The notes: generated by a model not told the origin, from the letters alone. DNA of 64,000 nt from Candidatus Obscuribacteraceae bacterium (GCA_044228145.1 JBGAVL010000002.1:15-64014); one strand, 5' to 3'. Shown: positions 43,609 through 52,940, numbered from the stretch's first letter. Program-made: numbers and translations.

Positions 43609-44313
43609 TTCAGACACGGGCAACTGACTGGCACCTTTGGCAGTCAATTTGTCATAGGCTTCTGAGGCTCTGGTCGCAGGGTTCACAATCTTTTCCTGAT
43701 AGCAGGCGTAAAGCTCCCCTCCGGCTGCGTCGATTGCTAGTTTTTCAGCGGTCTTTTCGTCTTTTGCTTCGCCTGTAAATTCGCGTCCAAGTACGTGCAA
43801 AGCGCATTTGCGCGCCAGATGGGCGGCGTCGCGATAATAATGTTTGCAGATACGCACATGCCCGTCCTCGTGCTCGACAAGTTGATCGGGAGGGTTTTTC
43901 GGCAGCCACATATCGAATGGCACAGCGACTTCTATTGTCACGTGTTTGACTTTGACTGTGCTGGAATACCAGTTGGCGTCCTTAATTCCTTTGGTTTTTG
44001 TCACGGCTACGATGGGGGTGAAACGGAACTGCCAGCAAGTATTTGGGTTCATCGCACAGTGATGTCCGCCATCCGGCTTAGGATTGTTCTTCCCGTCCAG
44101 TATGTGTTTTTGTGCGAACAGCTTTTCTTTGCGAACGGTGATTGCAGAAGTGTCTACGCATGCACTGAGGAGAATGGGCAGCACCAGGCAACAGACCACA
44201 CAAACGAGAGTGATGCAGAACGATCTTGGCTGTTTATATTGCCGGTTGTTGTGCAACGGTGTTTCCTTTCTCCTCCTTCTGCCCCGATTATTGTAACTGC
44301 TTCCGGTAGCCAC
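43573..44313 (-). CDS. putative lipoprotein with HExxH motif (DUF922-like Zn-peptidase candidate)
   Basis: Basic N-terminus, hydrophobic helix and lipobox LLSAC. HEDGH lies in LVEHEDGHVRICKHYY. The family call is tentative. Confidence 0.5.
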   Translation of the reverse strand: MATGSSYNNRGRRRRKETPLHNNRQYKQPRSFCITLVCVVCCLVLPILLSACVDTSAITVRKEKLFAQKHILDGKNNPKPDGGHHCAMNPNTCWQFRFTPIVAVTKTKGIKDANWYSSTVKVKHVTIEVAVPFDMWLPKNPPDQLVEHEDGHVRICKHYYRDAAHLARKCALHVLGREFTGEAKDEKTAEKLAIDAAGGELYACYQEKIVNPATRASEAYDKLTAKGASQLPVSEAIDKAIAEAQQ

Positions 44314-44473
44314 ACTTGGCTTTTACTACTGAATTTAGTATCCGCGTCCACAAGAGGAAAATGGCGGAGCTTGCCCTGGAAAAAAAGAGGTCAGCGAAGC
44401 GATGGATTTGCGTCCGTGCTTCGCCGACCTGCCTGCCGGTAAGTCCCAGTGACGGTCGACGTCGGCGATGTTG

Positions 44474-44716
44474 TTACAAACCCGAGGGTGGGCCCGGATT
44501 CTCGTCGTCGTGTCCGCCGTTTTTCTCGAAGTCTTTGAAGACGAAGACCATGGTGGTCGTAAGCGTGATCGCACAAACGATCGCACAGACGACTCTGACG
44601 TCGTGGCTGTTGGTCACCATTCCGCCCATGATCAAGCTAACGAGAAAGATGATGGCTGATGCGATGCCAGCCGCCTTATCCTGTGGTCTGACCGGATACT
44701 TCTTCTGATTACGCAT
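44474..44716 (-). CDS. small two-TM membrane protein (hypothetical)
   Basis: 80 codons from ATG 44716 (MRNQKKYPV..) with two hydrophobic helices. It competes with an antisense ORF (44316-44708) that looks non-coding. Confidence 0.35.
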   Translation of the reverse strand: MRNQKKYPVRPQDKAAGIASAIIFLVSLIMGGMVTNSHDVRVVCAIVCAITLTTTMVFVFKDFEKNGGHDDENPGPPSGL

Positions 44717-44857
44717 GATGGTTTCTTGCTTTTCACTGAAGTTTCTTTTTCGCAAGAACGAGGTGATGCAGAATTGCCTCACCCCACACATCGAACCGCG
44801 CATGCCGCTTTGAGCAGCATCACTGATTCGATGTTATCCGCATAAAGATTTGGCGAA

Positions 44858-45253
44858 TCAGCGCTTCTTCTGGCGCTCCGCCTGATGCTCATCGCAGAGC
44901 ACACTGATCCAGCCATTGTTGCGCGTCTTGCCGGCGGCACCACAGGCTTCGCACGTCACCGCGCTCTCCTGCTCTGCCCGCTCGATCGCAGCGTGAATGG
45001 CATCGTGAGCTACGCCCATGTAGAACCGCAGCGTGCCGAATTTCTCCTTCACCTGCTTGACTCTGAACTTCTTGCGCTCTTTCTCGGGCATGGCGACGAT
45101 GATCGCCTCCACTTCCTGAGAGAGCTTGCGAATCAGAGGTTCCCAACCGTCACCGCACTCGAAGCCCCAGCAAAAGGGCGACTTGTTGTTGTGACGGTCA
45201 GCGTAAAGATTGGGAAAGTCCCGGACGAGGGCATCGTCGAGTTCCTGTCTCAT
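44858..45253 (-). CDS. hypothetical protein with C-terminal CxxC...C motif
   Basis: 131 codons, ATG preceded by AGGAGA. Contains FCWGFECGDGWEPL and CEACGAAGKTRNNGWISVLCDEH. No family recognised. Confidence 0.55.
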   Translation of the reverse strand: MRQELDDALVRDFPNLYADRHNNKSPFCWGFECGDGWEPLIRKLSQEVEAIIVAMPEKERKKFRVKQVKEKFGTLRFYMGVAHDAIHAAIERAEQESAVTCEACGAAGKTRNNGWISVLCDEHQAERQKKR

Positions 45254-45918
45254 ATCTGTCTCCTGACGGGAAAAGCTTGATTTCCCGATTCGTGTTTCAA
45301 GGCGGCGCTACCGCAGTCAAAAGCGCCGATTCACACCTTCGTCGTTGTCCAGACACCGGCGAGCCGCCAAAGTCAGAGTCCGGCCAAAAGCCCAACAGAG
45401 AAATTCTCCGCAGGCAGTTAGCAAAAGCTCATGAGTTGGTTTTATAGAAGGCTTTAATCGGGTATCGGAGAATAAACAGAGGTGAGCTTTATAGCTACGA
45501 TATTGAGTTTGTTTTTCGGAGAAAACTTTTGTGTACGGCAAGGGTGTTCACATCAGGTCACACAGGTGAAACACCCACAGATTGAGGTTTTCCATAACGC
45601 TACTCTATGGCGCCTTGCTTATCAAACGCTCATCAAGCCTGATTTCATGCACTTTTAGCCCAAATTTTTGCTCGCTCAGCTTTGCCAGCGCACCGATTTA
45701 CGAAAAGCCGTCACCGATTGTTTAAGCAAGGCTCATATCTAATACCGCCCTTGGTGCAGGTCCGCAAGCTACGGCCAATCGAAAAAAAACACCGAAATTT
45801 TCATGTGGAATCAGATAGACCTGTTTTTCTACCCCAGCAGGTAGGGCGAAATTCGTGTAAATTTCTCCCCACCTGGAATTGAAGATTTCCAGAGGTTTGC
45901 GTTAGCTCACATAACAAC

Positions 45919-45943
45919 GAGAGCAGCGCTGTGCACTGCTCTC
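45919..45943 (-). terminator. hairpin downstream of the holin-family gene
   Basis: GAGAGCAG - 9-nt loop - CTGCTCTC forms a perfect 8-bp stem. On the minus strand it is followed by GTTGTTATGT. Confidence 0.35.
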
Positions 45944-46021
45944 AATTGTCCAGGAGTCATCCAGAGACACTTTTCTAGCTCACAATGGGCTCACCACTTT
46001 TCATTTGCTCTCGATTTGCCC

Positions 46022-46411
46022 CTATGCACTTCTATTCGTCCAGGCCTCATCTCTGGTCAAGAAGCTGATGGCCAGCATCACAAGACCAGCCAGAGCGGCA
46101 GGAACGAATCCTGAAACCGTCAGATATTGGGGAACGAAATCGGCAGTAATCATCATGGCCAATGCCGGCAACAGCCAGAAGCCCAGAATCCAGGCAGGGA
46201 TGAGCCAGAGCAATGCGAGCCCTAGAGAGCTGACGGTGAGAACTGCAGAAAGAGCAATCACGGTGATCTCAACCAGCCAGAGAACCAGACCGAAGACGAG
46301 TGACAGCACAAGAGCGATTGCAAAATTACCATGGAAACTTATGCCATGGATTTGCGGCAGAATAAAGGCGAATGCCGCAGCCATTAAGCCAAGCCTGATC
46401 AAAATCCTCAT
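46022..46411 (-). CDS. phage-holin-4_2 / DUF360 family membrane protein
   Basis: 129 aa with 4 TM helices. The pattern AFILPQIHGISFHGNFAIALVLSLVFGLV..WLLPALAMMITADFVPQYLTVSGF is typical of DUF360. ATG preceded by GGGAGGAAA. Confidence 0.7.
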   Translation of the reverse strand: MRILIRLGLMAAAFAFILPQIHGISFHGNFAIALVLSLVFGLVLWLVEITVIALSAVLTVSSLGLALLWLIPAWILGFWLLPALAMMITADFVPQYLTVSGFVPAALAGLVMLAISFLTRDEAWTNRSA

Positions 46412-46813
46412 TAAGTTTCCTCCCTATCCTTTGCCTGCCTTGCAAGCACACCAGTGAGACGTCGCAGACAGCCGGTAGTTCCCGGCAGGCGGCCAGGAGA
46501 GATTTAGAAACCTCTAAAACGTTCATAGTCAGCCGTTTTCCAGAGTTCTACTTTCCAATATAGTATATATAACAAAAAAGCAAGCAACGCTGGAAACGAT
46601 GAGAAATAGGCAGTTTGCTACCTAAGCTCCCACGCAGTTTCCGCGCTGCTCACTTTGAGTGCTCTGAGGCGAGCTGGCTGAGCCAGTATCGAATACCAGA
46701 TTCACGCTTTCATCATGACGTGCACGATCCGGCAGCGACCGCGAGACAGAGCGGCAGATTTCTCCACCGCTCCATCCCGCAATTCCGCTCACGGGGTCTG
46801 CTTGCGCAGCCAC

Positions 46814-48208
46814 TTACGGAATCTGCCTGCGCATCCAGTCTTCGGCAGCGCGCAACTGATTGTCGTTGCGTGAGCCGATGAGCAGATTGCCCGGGGCAGT
46901 CACTACCGTGTCCGGCACAACGCCGTTGCGCACAGAAATACCCGCATCCCCCAGCCAGCGACCGTTAGGAGTGCGTCCCATGATGTTGGTGACGCGCAGG
47001 CGGTGACCGTTGCCGACAGGAATCAGCGTCTGGCCGATGCCCTTGCCGTAGGTCTGGGTACCGATTACGTGCACACGCCCGTTGTCCTGCAGAGCTGCGG
47101 TAAACAGCTCGGAGGCACTGGCGGTGTCGAAGTTGACCAGGATGACGACCGGCTTGTCTCCAACCAGGTTGGGGCGGCGAGTCCAGGGCACCGAAACGCC
47201 ATTGACCGTAACCCAGAGGCGGTTGGGGGATGCCTCGGCAGTCCAGTGCAACACACCGGCCGGACTGTGGAAGTCCATGCGCGTGATCACACCCGCGTCC
47301 ATGAACATCGCCGCCGATTCGACAGCCGTGTGGATAAATCCACCACCGTTGTCGCGCAGGTCGATGATGTAGCCTTTGCAGTCTTGCATCTGCTCGAGCG
47401 CTGCCTGCAGCTGATCCGCCTGGTCGAGCTGGAAAAAGCTCTCCACGCGGATATAGGCGATGTCACCAGGCAGACGCTGCGTGGAGACGACCGGTCTCTG
47501 CACGGCCATGCGCTGCACTTTGACCTGGACATCCACGCCGTTCTGCCTGACGACAAGCGTCATCTCCTCACCGGCTTCGCCGGAGAGAAGCTTGAGCAGT
47601 TCGGCAAGAGCCAAGCCTGAAGTGGAGGTGCCGTTGACACTGACGAGAACATCGCCCGGGTTGATGCCAGCCGCTTGAGCCGAGCTGCCTCGCACCACCT
47701 TATCGATGGTAGGAAATGCGTTGGCTCCGTCGGTTTCCGGCAATTGAAGCCCGTTTGAATTGACGACGGCCGAGCCGGATCTGTCGAAAGCCGGCTTGAA
47801 GACCAGCCCGATCAGCTCCTGCTTGCCCTCGGCTTCGTTGATCAGCGTTTGCACTTCCTGCTTTCCATGCAGGATCGTGTAGGGGTCTTCGAGCGACGCC
47901 ACCATTTCACGAGCAAAGCGGAGCGCGTCCTCTTCGGTCTTGATCTGGTCGTCGTACTTGTGCTCCCATTGCGCCCAGTCCTGCAATTTGGACTGGTCGT
48001 AGTAATTCACCCTCACTGTCTCCCAGGTCCTGTGGTACAGCTCACGAGGAGTGACGACAGGATCGATGGCGTAGTAGTTGAAGGCATTGAGCGCCACAGT
48101 GAGAACCACTGCCAGCGCCAGAAGTCCACTAATCGCTGACCACTTGAAAGTCCGCGAGAGGAGGCGGCGCCACCGGGGAGGCGGCGCCTGTGGAGAGGCG
48201 TTAGTCAT
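46814..48208 (-). CDS. S41-family C-terminal processing peptidase (PDZ-containing)
   Basis: N-terminal TM anchor, PDZ (GINPGDVLVSVNG) and S41 blocks IIDLRDNGGGF, LVNFDTASASELFTAALQD and GTQTYGKG. ATG preceded by GAGGTAA. Confidence 0.92.
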   Translation of the reverse strand: MTNASPQAPPPRWRRLLSRTFKWSAISGLLALAVVLTVALNAFNYYAIDPVVTPRELYHRTWETVRVNYYDQSKLQDWAQWEHKYDDQIKTEEDALRFAREMVASLEDPYTILHGKQEVQTLINEAEGKQELIGLVFKPAFDRSGSAVVNSNGLQLPETDGANAFPTIDKVVRGSSAQAAGINPGDVLVSVNGTSTSGLALAELLKLLSGEAGEEMTLVVRQNGVDVQVKVQRMAVQRPVVSTQRLPGDIAYIRVESFFQLDQADQLQAALEQMQDCKGYIIDLRDNGGGFIHTAVESAAMFMDAGVITRMDFHSPAGVLHWTAEASPNRLWVTVNGVSVPWTRRPNLVGDKPVVILVNFDTASASELFTAALQDNGRVHVIGTQTYGKGIGQTLIPVGNGHRLRVTNIMGRTPNGRWLGDAGISVRNGVVPDTVVTAPGNLLIGSRNDNQLRAAEDWMRRQIP

Positions 48209-48365
48209 AGGTATTACCTCATAGGTAAGAGGCTCGTCCTGACTGAAACTTGGACGCGCCTAAATACTTGGAAGAACTGATAGGTGGAAAACGGTCGAAC
48301 ATTCCGGACGCAAACGCGAATGAGATGCGCGAAAGGGGCGGACGAACGTTTTCACGGGAAAGTTA

Positions 48366-48427
48366 TTGCGCCGGTTGAAACTGGCTTGCGCCATTCACAA
48401 ACTGACTTGCGCCAGTTTGAAACCGAC
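48366..48427. repeat. three tandem units of about 21 nt, TTGCGCC-N6-AAAC(T/C)G(G/A)C
   Basis: TTGCGCCGGTTGAAACTGGC / TTGCGCCATTCACAAACTGAC / TTGCGCCAGTTTGAAACCGAC, inside a 783-nt region that appears non-coding. Confidence 0.8.
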
Positions 48428-48991
48428 TTCACGACATCGCCCACACGCATGAGACGCATGCCGAACAGGCAACCGAACAGCCCCAAAAGACCGTCAGTAT
48501 GCAAGTGTCACTCAACCAACCTCGTCAAAGGCATGAAAGAAACCAGAAGTGCCGGAGGGCATGGTTTTTCAGGAGCTTATGAAGCTGGCCTCGAAATGGA
48601 AAAAGCGGAGAGTGGACTCTAATAAGTTATGAAACGCAGACAGCAATATTCAAGTATAAAGCAGTATTTCTGACTCAAGAACCAGAACAATTACATATTT
48701 AGCTCAGCTCAGGCGAGCACTTGAAAACCACAAAATATCGCGATCTTCGGCACACTTCAATGCTGATTGGCGAAGGTAGCATCCCTTGGCAACAATCGGT
48801 TTGGCTCATTAGGCGCACGCAATAGCAAATCGCCCATCCGCGCTAGTTTTCGTTGCAAATTTGTGGCGACCGGCTTCAAAAGCAGCAATCACAAAAAAAT
48901 TCCAATGAGAATTCTGCTCTAGTGTTGGTTTTCATAATTTACTATCTCCAGGAAAATGAGATCCTATGCCGGAACTTTCACCCGGTCCGAA

Positions 48992-50266
48992 ATGAGCAAC
49001 CTGCGCGTCACTGCATTTCAGCACGAGAAAACAGGCACGACCTCACGTGTCTCAGCGAACATCGACGGCACAGAGCTGTGGTTTGAGTGCGATGACGTTG
49101 AACTGGAACCTTCCGCCGAAGCTCTCGCCACTCTCTGGCTGATTCCGGCGTTGCTCGGCAAGCGCAATCTCGAGATCGAACAACCGGTCTGTGCTACCTG
49201 GTACGAAAACGCGCACAAGGTGATGGATTTCCTGAATTTCAGCTGGGCTGCATCTCCTGTCGAAATACTTGCCGGGACAAAAGAGAACGCAGGCATGCCG
49301 CGTACGGCCACCGGGCTTTTCTTTACCGCCGGTGTTGATTCTTTTTATACTTTTTTCTCGATTCCTAGACCTGATTTCTTGATCTATCTCGAGACTTTCG
49401 ATGTTCCTGCAGAGGCAGAAACGCGATCGAGAATCGCCAGAGAGCGTTTGCAAAAGATTGCCACGGCTGTGGGTTCGCACCCGATCACGGTACGAACAAA
49501 CGCAAAAAAACACCCCACCTTTGCCGCTCAAAGCTTTACCGACACACACGCCTCGCTACTGGCCGCAGTTGGCCACCTGCTTGCACCACACATAGTATCA
49601 ACAACAATCGCCCCTTCCTGGTTTAAGGGTCATCACATGGTATTTGGAAGCAATTGGCAACTGGATCCCCTCTGGTCATCGGCTCGCCTGCAAATTATTC
49701 ATGGCGAAAATTCCTTGCATCGCATCGATCGAGTAAAGGCAATTGCCGCCCAAACACTGGCGCAAGACAACCTGCATGTTTGCTTTGAAAGCTACAACTG
49801 CTCGCGCTGCGAGAAGTGCGTGCGGACAATGCTCGAGTTGCATCAAGCCGGCAAACTGGCCGAATTCAAAGTTTTCGATCAAAGTATTCCAATCTGGCAA
49901 GCAATAGACAATTTGCCGCGGGTTATACAGCCAATTCTTTTCGAACCGGCATTGCACAATAATCCAACACCCGAGCTGGAGAAAGCCTTAAGGCATCTTT
50001 TCAGACGCACCTCGCTAGCGACAAGAGCGATTGAAGACCAATTGAAGCAGCGCCGACACGTAGATGAGCAGTTCCCAAAGATCCAAGAAGGGCTGAATAA
50101 TGCGCTGCACCACTATACTCTTTTGCAGGAAGAGCACAAGCGCTTGTCTGATGACTACGCTTTGATAGTAGGAAATCTACCAATACAGAAAAGCATCAGG
50201 CTGGTGCGCAAGGTAGTGAAAAAACTGCGCGGAGCAAATGCAAATCGGGGTGCGCGCCATGAATGA
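48992..50266 (+). CDS. QueC-like PP-loop-fold protein, paralog 1 (degenerate PP-loop TAGVDS)
   Basis: 424 codons from ATG 48992, which aligns with the paralog N-terminus (ORF-track start 48956). Contains LFFTAGVDSFYTF (49316-49342) and the Cys cluster CFESYNCSRCEKCVRT (about 49781-49828). The C-terminus is a coiled coil. Confidence 0.6.
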   Translation: MSNLRVTAFQHEKTGTTSRVSANIDGTELWFECDDVELEPSAEALATLWLIPALLGKRNLEIEQPVCATWYENAHKVMDFLNFSWAASPVEILAGTKENAGMPRTATGLFFTAGVDSFYTFFSIPRPDFLIYLETFDVPAEAETRSRIARERLQKIATAVGSHPITVRTNAKKHPTFAAQSFTDTHASLLAAVGHLLAPHIVSTTIAPSWFKGHHMVFGSNWQLDPLWSSARLQIIHGENSLHRIDRVKAIAAQTLAQDNLHVCFESYNCSRCEKCVRTMLELHQAGKLAEFKVFDQSIPIWQAIDNLPRVIQPILFEPALHNNPTPELEKALRHLFRRTSLATRAIEDQLKQRRHVDEQFPKIQEGLNNALHHYTLLQEEHKRLSDDYALIVGNLPIQKSIRLVRKVVKKLRGANANRGARHE

Positions 50267-51551
50267 TGCTGTAATAGGTGAGTTCAAACGCACAAAAAAT
50301 GGCTCTGCTCTGCGACTTGTTTCACAGTTTGACGGCGAGCCCGTCTGGTTTGAATCGGAAGATATAGAGCTGGAGCCCAGTATCGAGGCTCTGGGCACGA
50401 TATGGCTCATTCCCTGCATTTTGAGCAATCGCAATATCAAATTCGAACAGCCTGTCTGCAAGGTCTGGTACGAAAATGCGCATGCCATCATAGATTTTCT
50501 CAAAGACAACTGGGGAACCGCCAAAATCGACATTTGCGCTGAAACATACGAAACCAAAACAGTCTCGCAAGAGGCAGCGGCAATTTGTTTTTCCGGTGGT
50601 GTCGATTCGTTCTATACTCTCCTTAAAAACGGCACGCCAAAGTATCTTGTCAGCGCCGAGCCTTTCGACCAACCGTCCACTTCTATCGAGACCTTCAAGG
50701 TAGTGCGCAAGAGGTTGGAAACGGTAGCTCAGGCAGTCGGCTCCAGCGTGATTACGGTGAGAAGCAATGTCATTGAGCATCCAAGCTTCAAAATACACCA
50801 CCTTCTGGACACTCATTCTCCCGTTCTAGCAAGCCTGGGCCATTTACTGTCACCATACATAGGGTCGATTTCCATTTCACCGTCTTACAACCAGACTGAA
50901 ATCGCGACGCACGCTTGCCGCAACCAACTCGACACCCTCTCATCGTCAAAGCGCTTGGAGGTAGTGCACCATGCAGACACCTGGCGCCGAGACAGAGTGG
51001 CAGCCATCGCGGATTGGCAGTTGGCCCGTGAGAATTTGTTTGTCTGTTTCAACAAGCAGGGTCTCAACCGCAACTGCTCACGGTGCGAAAAGTGCATACG
51101 CACGATGCTGGACCTGCACATATTGGGCAAGCTAGAGTCTTTCAAAGTTTTCGATCAAAGCGTGCCCTTGTGGGAGGCAATGGAATCCGTCAAGTTGGTC
51201 ACCTTCTTTGAGACATACGAGCAAGCGTTGAAAGAACCAATTGATTCACAACTAAAACTTGCAATAAGACGCATGATTCGCCGAGAATTTGAGCGCATAA
51301 CTCGACTGGAGAATGCCGAACGCTTCAGGCGGCATGTCGATGAAGAGTTCTCCACAGTGCAAGAAGGTCTGGCAAACGCCCTTCATCACTACTCTTTACT
51401 GCAAGAGAATTACGACAATCTTCTCAATGACTATAAAGAAGTCGTTGAGAACCGCCCTCTAAAACGTGGTGTCAGAGCCGTTCGTCACGTTATGCGAATG
51501 CTGCGTGCCGGTCGAAAGATTCACCCTGGACAAAACACAAGAAATCCTTAG
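50259..51551 (+). CDS. QueC-like PP-loop-fold protein, paralog 2 (intact SGGVDS)
   Basis: 430 codons. ATG 50259 overlaps the paralog-1 stop (ATGAATGA). Contains ICFSGGVDSFYTLL (50583-50609) and the Cys cluster CFNKQGLNRNCSRCEKCIRT. The C-terminal coiled coil is conserved with paralog 1. Confidence 0.6.
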   Translation: MNDAVIGEFKRTKNGSALRLVSQFDGEPVWFESEDIELEPSIEALGTIWLIPCILSNRNIKFEQPVCKVWYENAHAIIDFLKDNWGTAKIDICAETYETKTVSQEAAAICFSGGVDSFYTLLKNGTPKYLVSAEPFDQPSTSIETFKVVRKRLETVAQAVGSSVITVRSNVIEHPSFKIHHLLDTHSPVLASLGHLLSPYIGSISISPSYNQTEIATHACRNQLDTLSSSKRLEVVHHADTWRRDRVAAIADWQLARENLFVCFNKQGLNRNCSRCEKCIRTMLDLHILGKLESFKVFDQSVPLWEAMESVKLVTFFETYEQALKEPIDSQLKLAIRRMIRREFERITRLENAERFRRHVDEEFSTVQEGLANALHHYSLLQENYDNLLNDYKEVVENRPLKRGVRAVRHVMRMLRAGRKIHPGQNTRNP

Positions 51552-51689
51552 CGCAATATGCTCTACGTGTGCTGTTTAATTTTTGTGCACGGCTTGGTCA
51601 CAACTTGGCTACCGATTGCACACGTTTGCCGGGAGATAGTGGGGACGCAATTGCCCCCAGTTTTTACTCCTTGCTGCGAGATCATTACT

Positions 51690-52922
51690 ATGACTGCAAA
51701 CTTTGAAGCAACAGATGCTTGCGCTGCAAAAAATGCCAACAACACAGATAACGCAGCGGCACTATGCGCCCGCGACGCCTGGTCTCCCGGCGCCGGGCAT
51801 ACCGCAGGCAATCTGCCACGGCTGGACATGCAAATGAATTCAAGACTGGCTCTGATTCAAAGCAACGATGACTTGCTGAATGCCTATCTCAATTCAGTAA
51901 AAGACTCAGGATTGAACATCTCAGCAGACTCGCGCTCAAGCAGCAAAATACAAGAGCTGTTTGCCGCCCTGCCTTCTGATCGAACCAGAGAGCACGCAAT
52001 AGTAAACGAGCGGGCTCAAGGCGGTGACTCTCGCCTGGAAAAAGTCGACGTGCAGAGCGTGAACGAGGGTAGCGTCTCTGTCAGGGAATACCGTGGGCTG
52101 GACCGCTCTTACACTAAAGACCGTTTGGCTTCAGCTAAAGACAAAATCGAGACACCGGATGCCACAGTCATCATTCCCAAGGCTTTCGACCCAAACAAAC
52201 CAGTACGTGTGATGATCTTCAATCATGGATTGGGAGCATCCGGTAAGGATTGGGCGACCAGTCAGGAACTGGCCAGGCAAATGGCGGCAGCCGATCCCAA
52301 TACAATCATGGTCATACCGGAATGGCAGAGCAAACCAGGCGACGGGCCGGGCAAACCGCGCAACGGGCACAACCCGGAAAATTCAATTGTTTACGGACAA
52401 AACTTCTTCCGCGATCAACTGCAGCAGATAATGCACAGCACGCCGGAATTGCGCGGTAAAACAGTCGACGACATCGCCAGTATCGGCATCATTTCGCACT
52501 CCGGTGGCTTCAAAGCTTCAAAAGCACAATTGGAAAATAACGGCTTCGGCGACAAAGTAACCAGCGTGACGGTGCTTGATTCCATGTATGCGCCTGACAG
52601 TTACAATTCATGGCTAAAAGCAAACGCGCAAGATTTAGCCTCCGGCAGAAAGCATTTCACAGTTGTCGAAACGGGTGGCAGGCCGGACAATGGTGGACCG
52701 ACATGGAAAGAACAGCTAGAAGCTAATACAAGAAAATCGCTGGGGCAGTATCAGGTTCCGGATACCTCATATGACAAGTACGGTAGAAATGCCAACGATC
52801 CATCGGCTTTCGAGCGTGGAGGGGTTGTCTTCCTGCGCAATGGAGACCACAAAAATTTGCCCCGGAATTTTGTCGCAAGAGTCCTGGAAGGTGAAAAGCG
52901 CCTCGCAGTGGCGCGCCGCTAA
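51690..52922 (+). CDS. alpha/beta-hydrolase-like protein (esterase-type), hypothetical
   Basis: 411 codons from ATG 51690 (ORF-track start 51558). Contains PVRVMIFNHGLGASG and the nucleophile-elbow-like IGIISHSGGF. The N-terminal region of about 170 aa is unrecognised. Confidence 0.5.
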   Translation: MTANFEATDACAAKNANNTDNAAALCARDAWSPGAGHTAGNLPRLDMQMNSRLALIQSNDDLLNAYLNSVKDSGLNISADSRSSSKIQELFAALPSDRTREHAIVNERAQGGDSRLEKVDVQSVNEGSVSVREYRGLDRSYTKDRLASAKDKIETPDATVIIPKAFDPNKPVRVMIFNHGLGASGKDWATSQELARQMAAADPNTIMVIPEWQSKPGDGPGKPRNGHNPENSIVYGQNFFRDQLQQIMHSTPELRGKTVDDIASIGIISHSGGFKASKAQLENNGFGDKVTSVTVLDSMYAPDSYNSWLKANAQDLASGRKHFTVVETGGRPDNGGPTWKEQLEANTRKSLGQYQVPDTSYDKYGRNANDPSAFERGGVVFLRNGDHKNLPRNFVARVLEGEKRLAVARR

Positions 52923-52940
52923 GAGCGATCTCAAGGGCTT

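Noticed and set aside
43795-44442. 215-codon plus-strand ORF overlapping the HExxH lipoprotein gene
   Set aside because: The translation is Cys/His/Phe-rich and nonsense-like. The minus-strand ORF has a lipobox and HExxH and fits the neighbouring gene ends.
45254-46021. ncRNA or small genes in the 768-nt gap (ORFs 45317-45541 minus and 45682-45882 plus)
   Set aside because: The ORF translations look random and lack an SD. I found only isolated hairpins (45542-45576 and 45919-45943) and no recognisable RNA-family motif. The region may still be worth an Rfam scan, but nothing is supportable by eye.
44858-46411. Prophage remnant (holin-family gene plus small Cys-motif protein)
   Set aside because: DUF360 (holin_4_2) proteins are widespread chromosomal membrane proteins. 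No integrase, terminase, capsid or tail genes, endolysin or att-like repeats were seen nearby.
48284-48622. 112-codon ORF in the long gap upstream of the QueC-like cassette
   Set aside because: The translation is Arg/Thr/Pro-rich with no domain-like pattern. The ORF runs straight through the 21-nt tandem repeats, and its GTG start has no SD. It was treated as non-coding.
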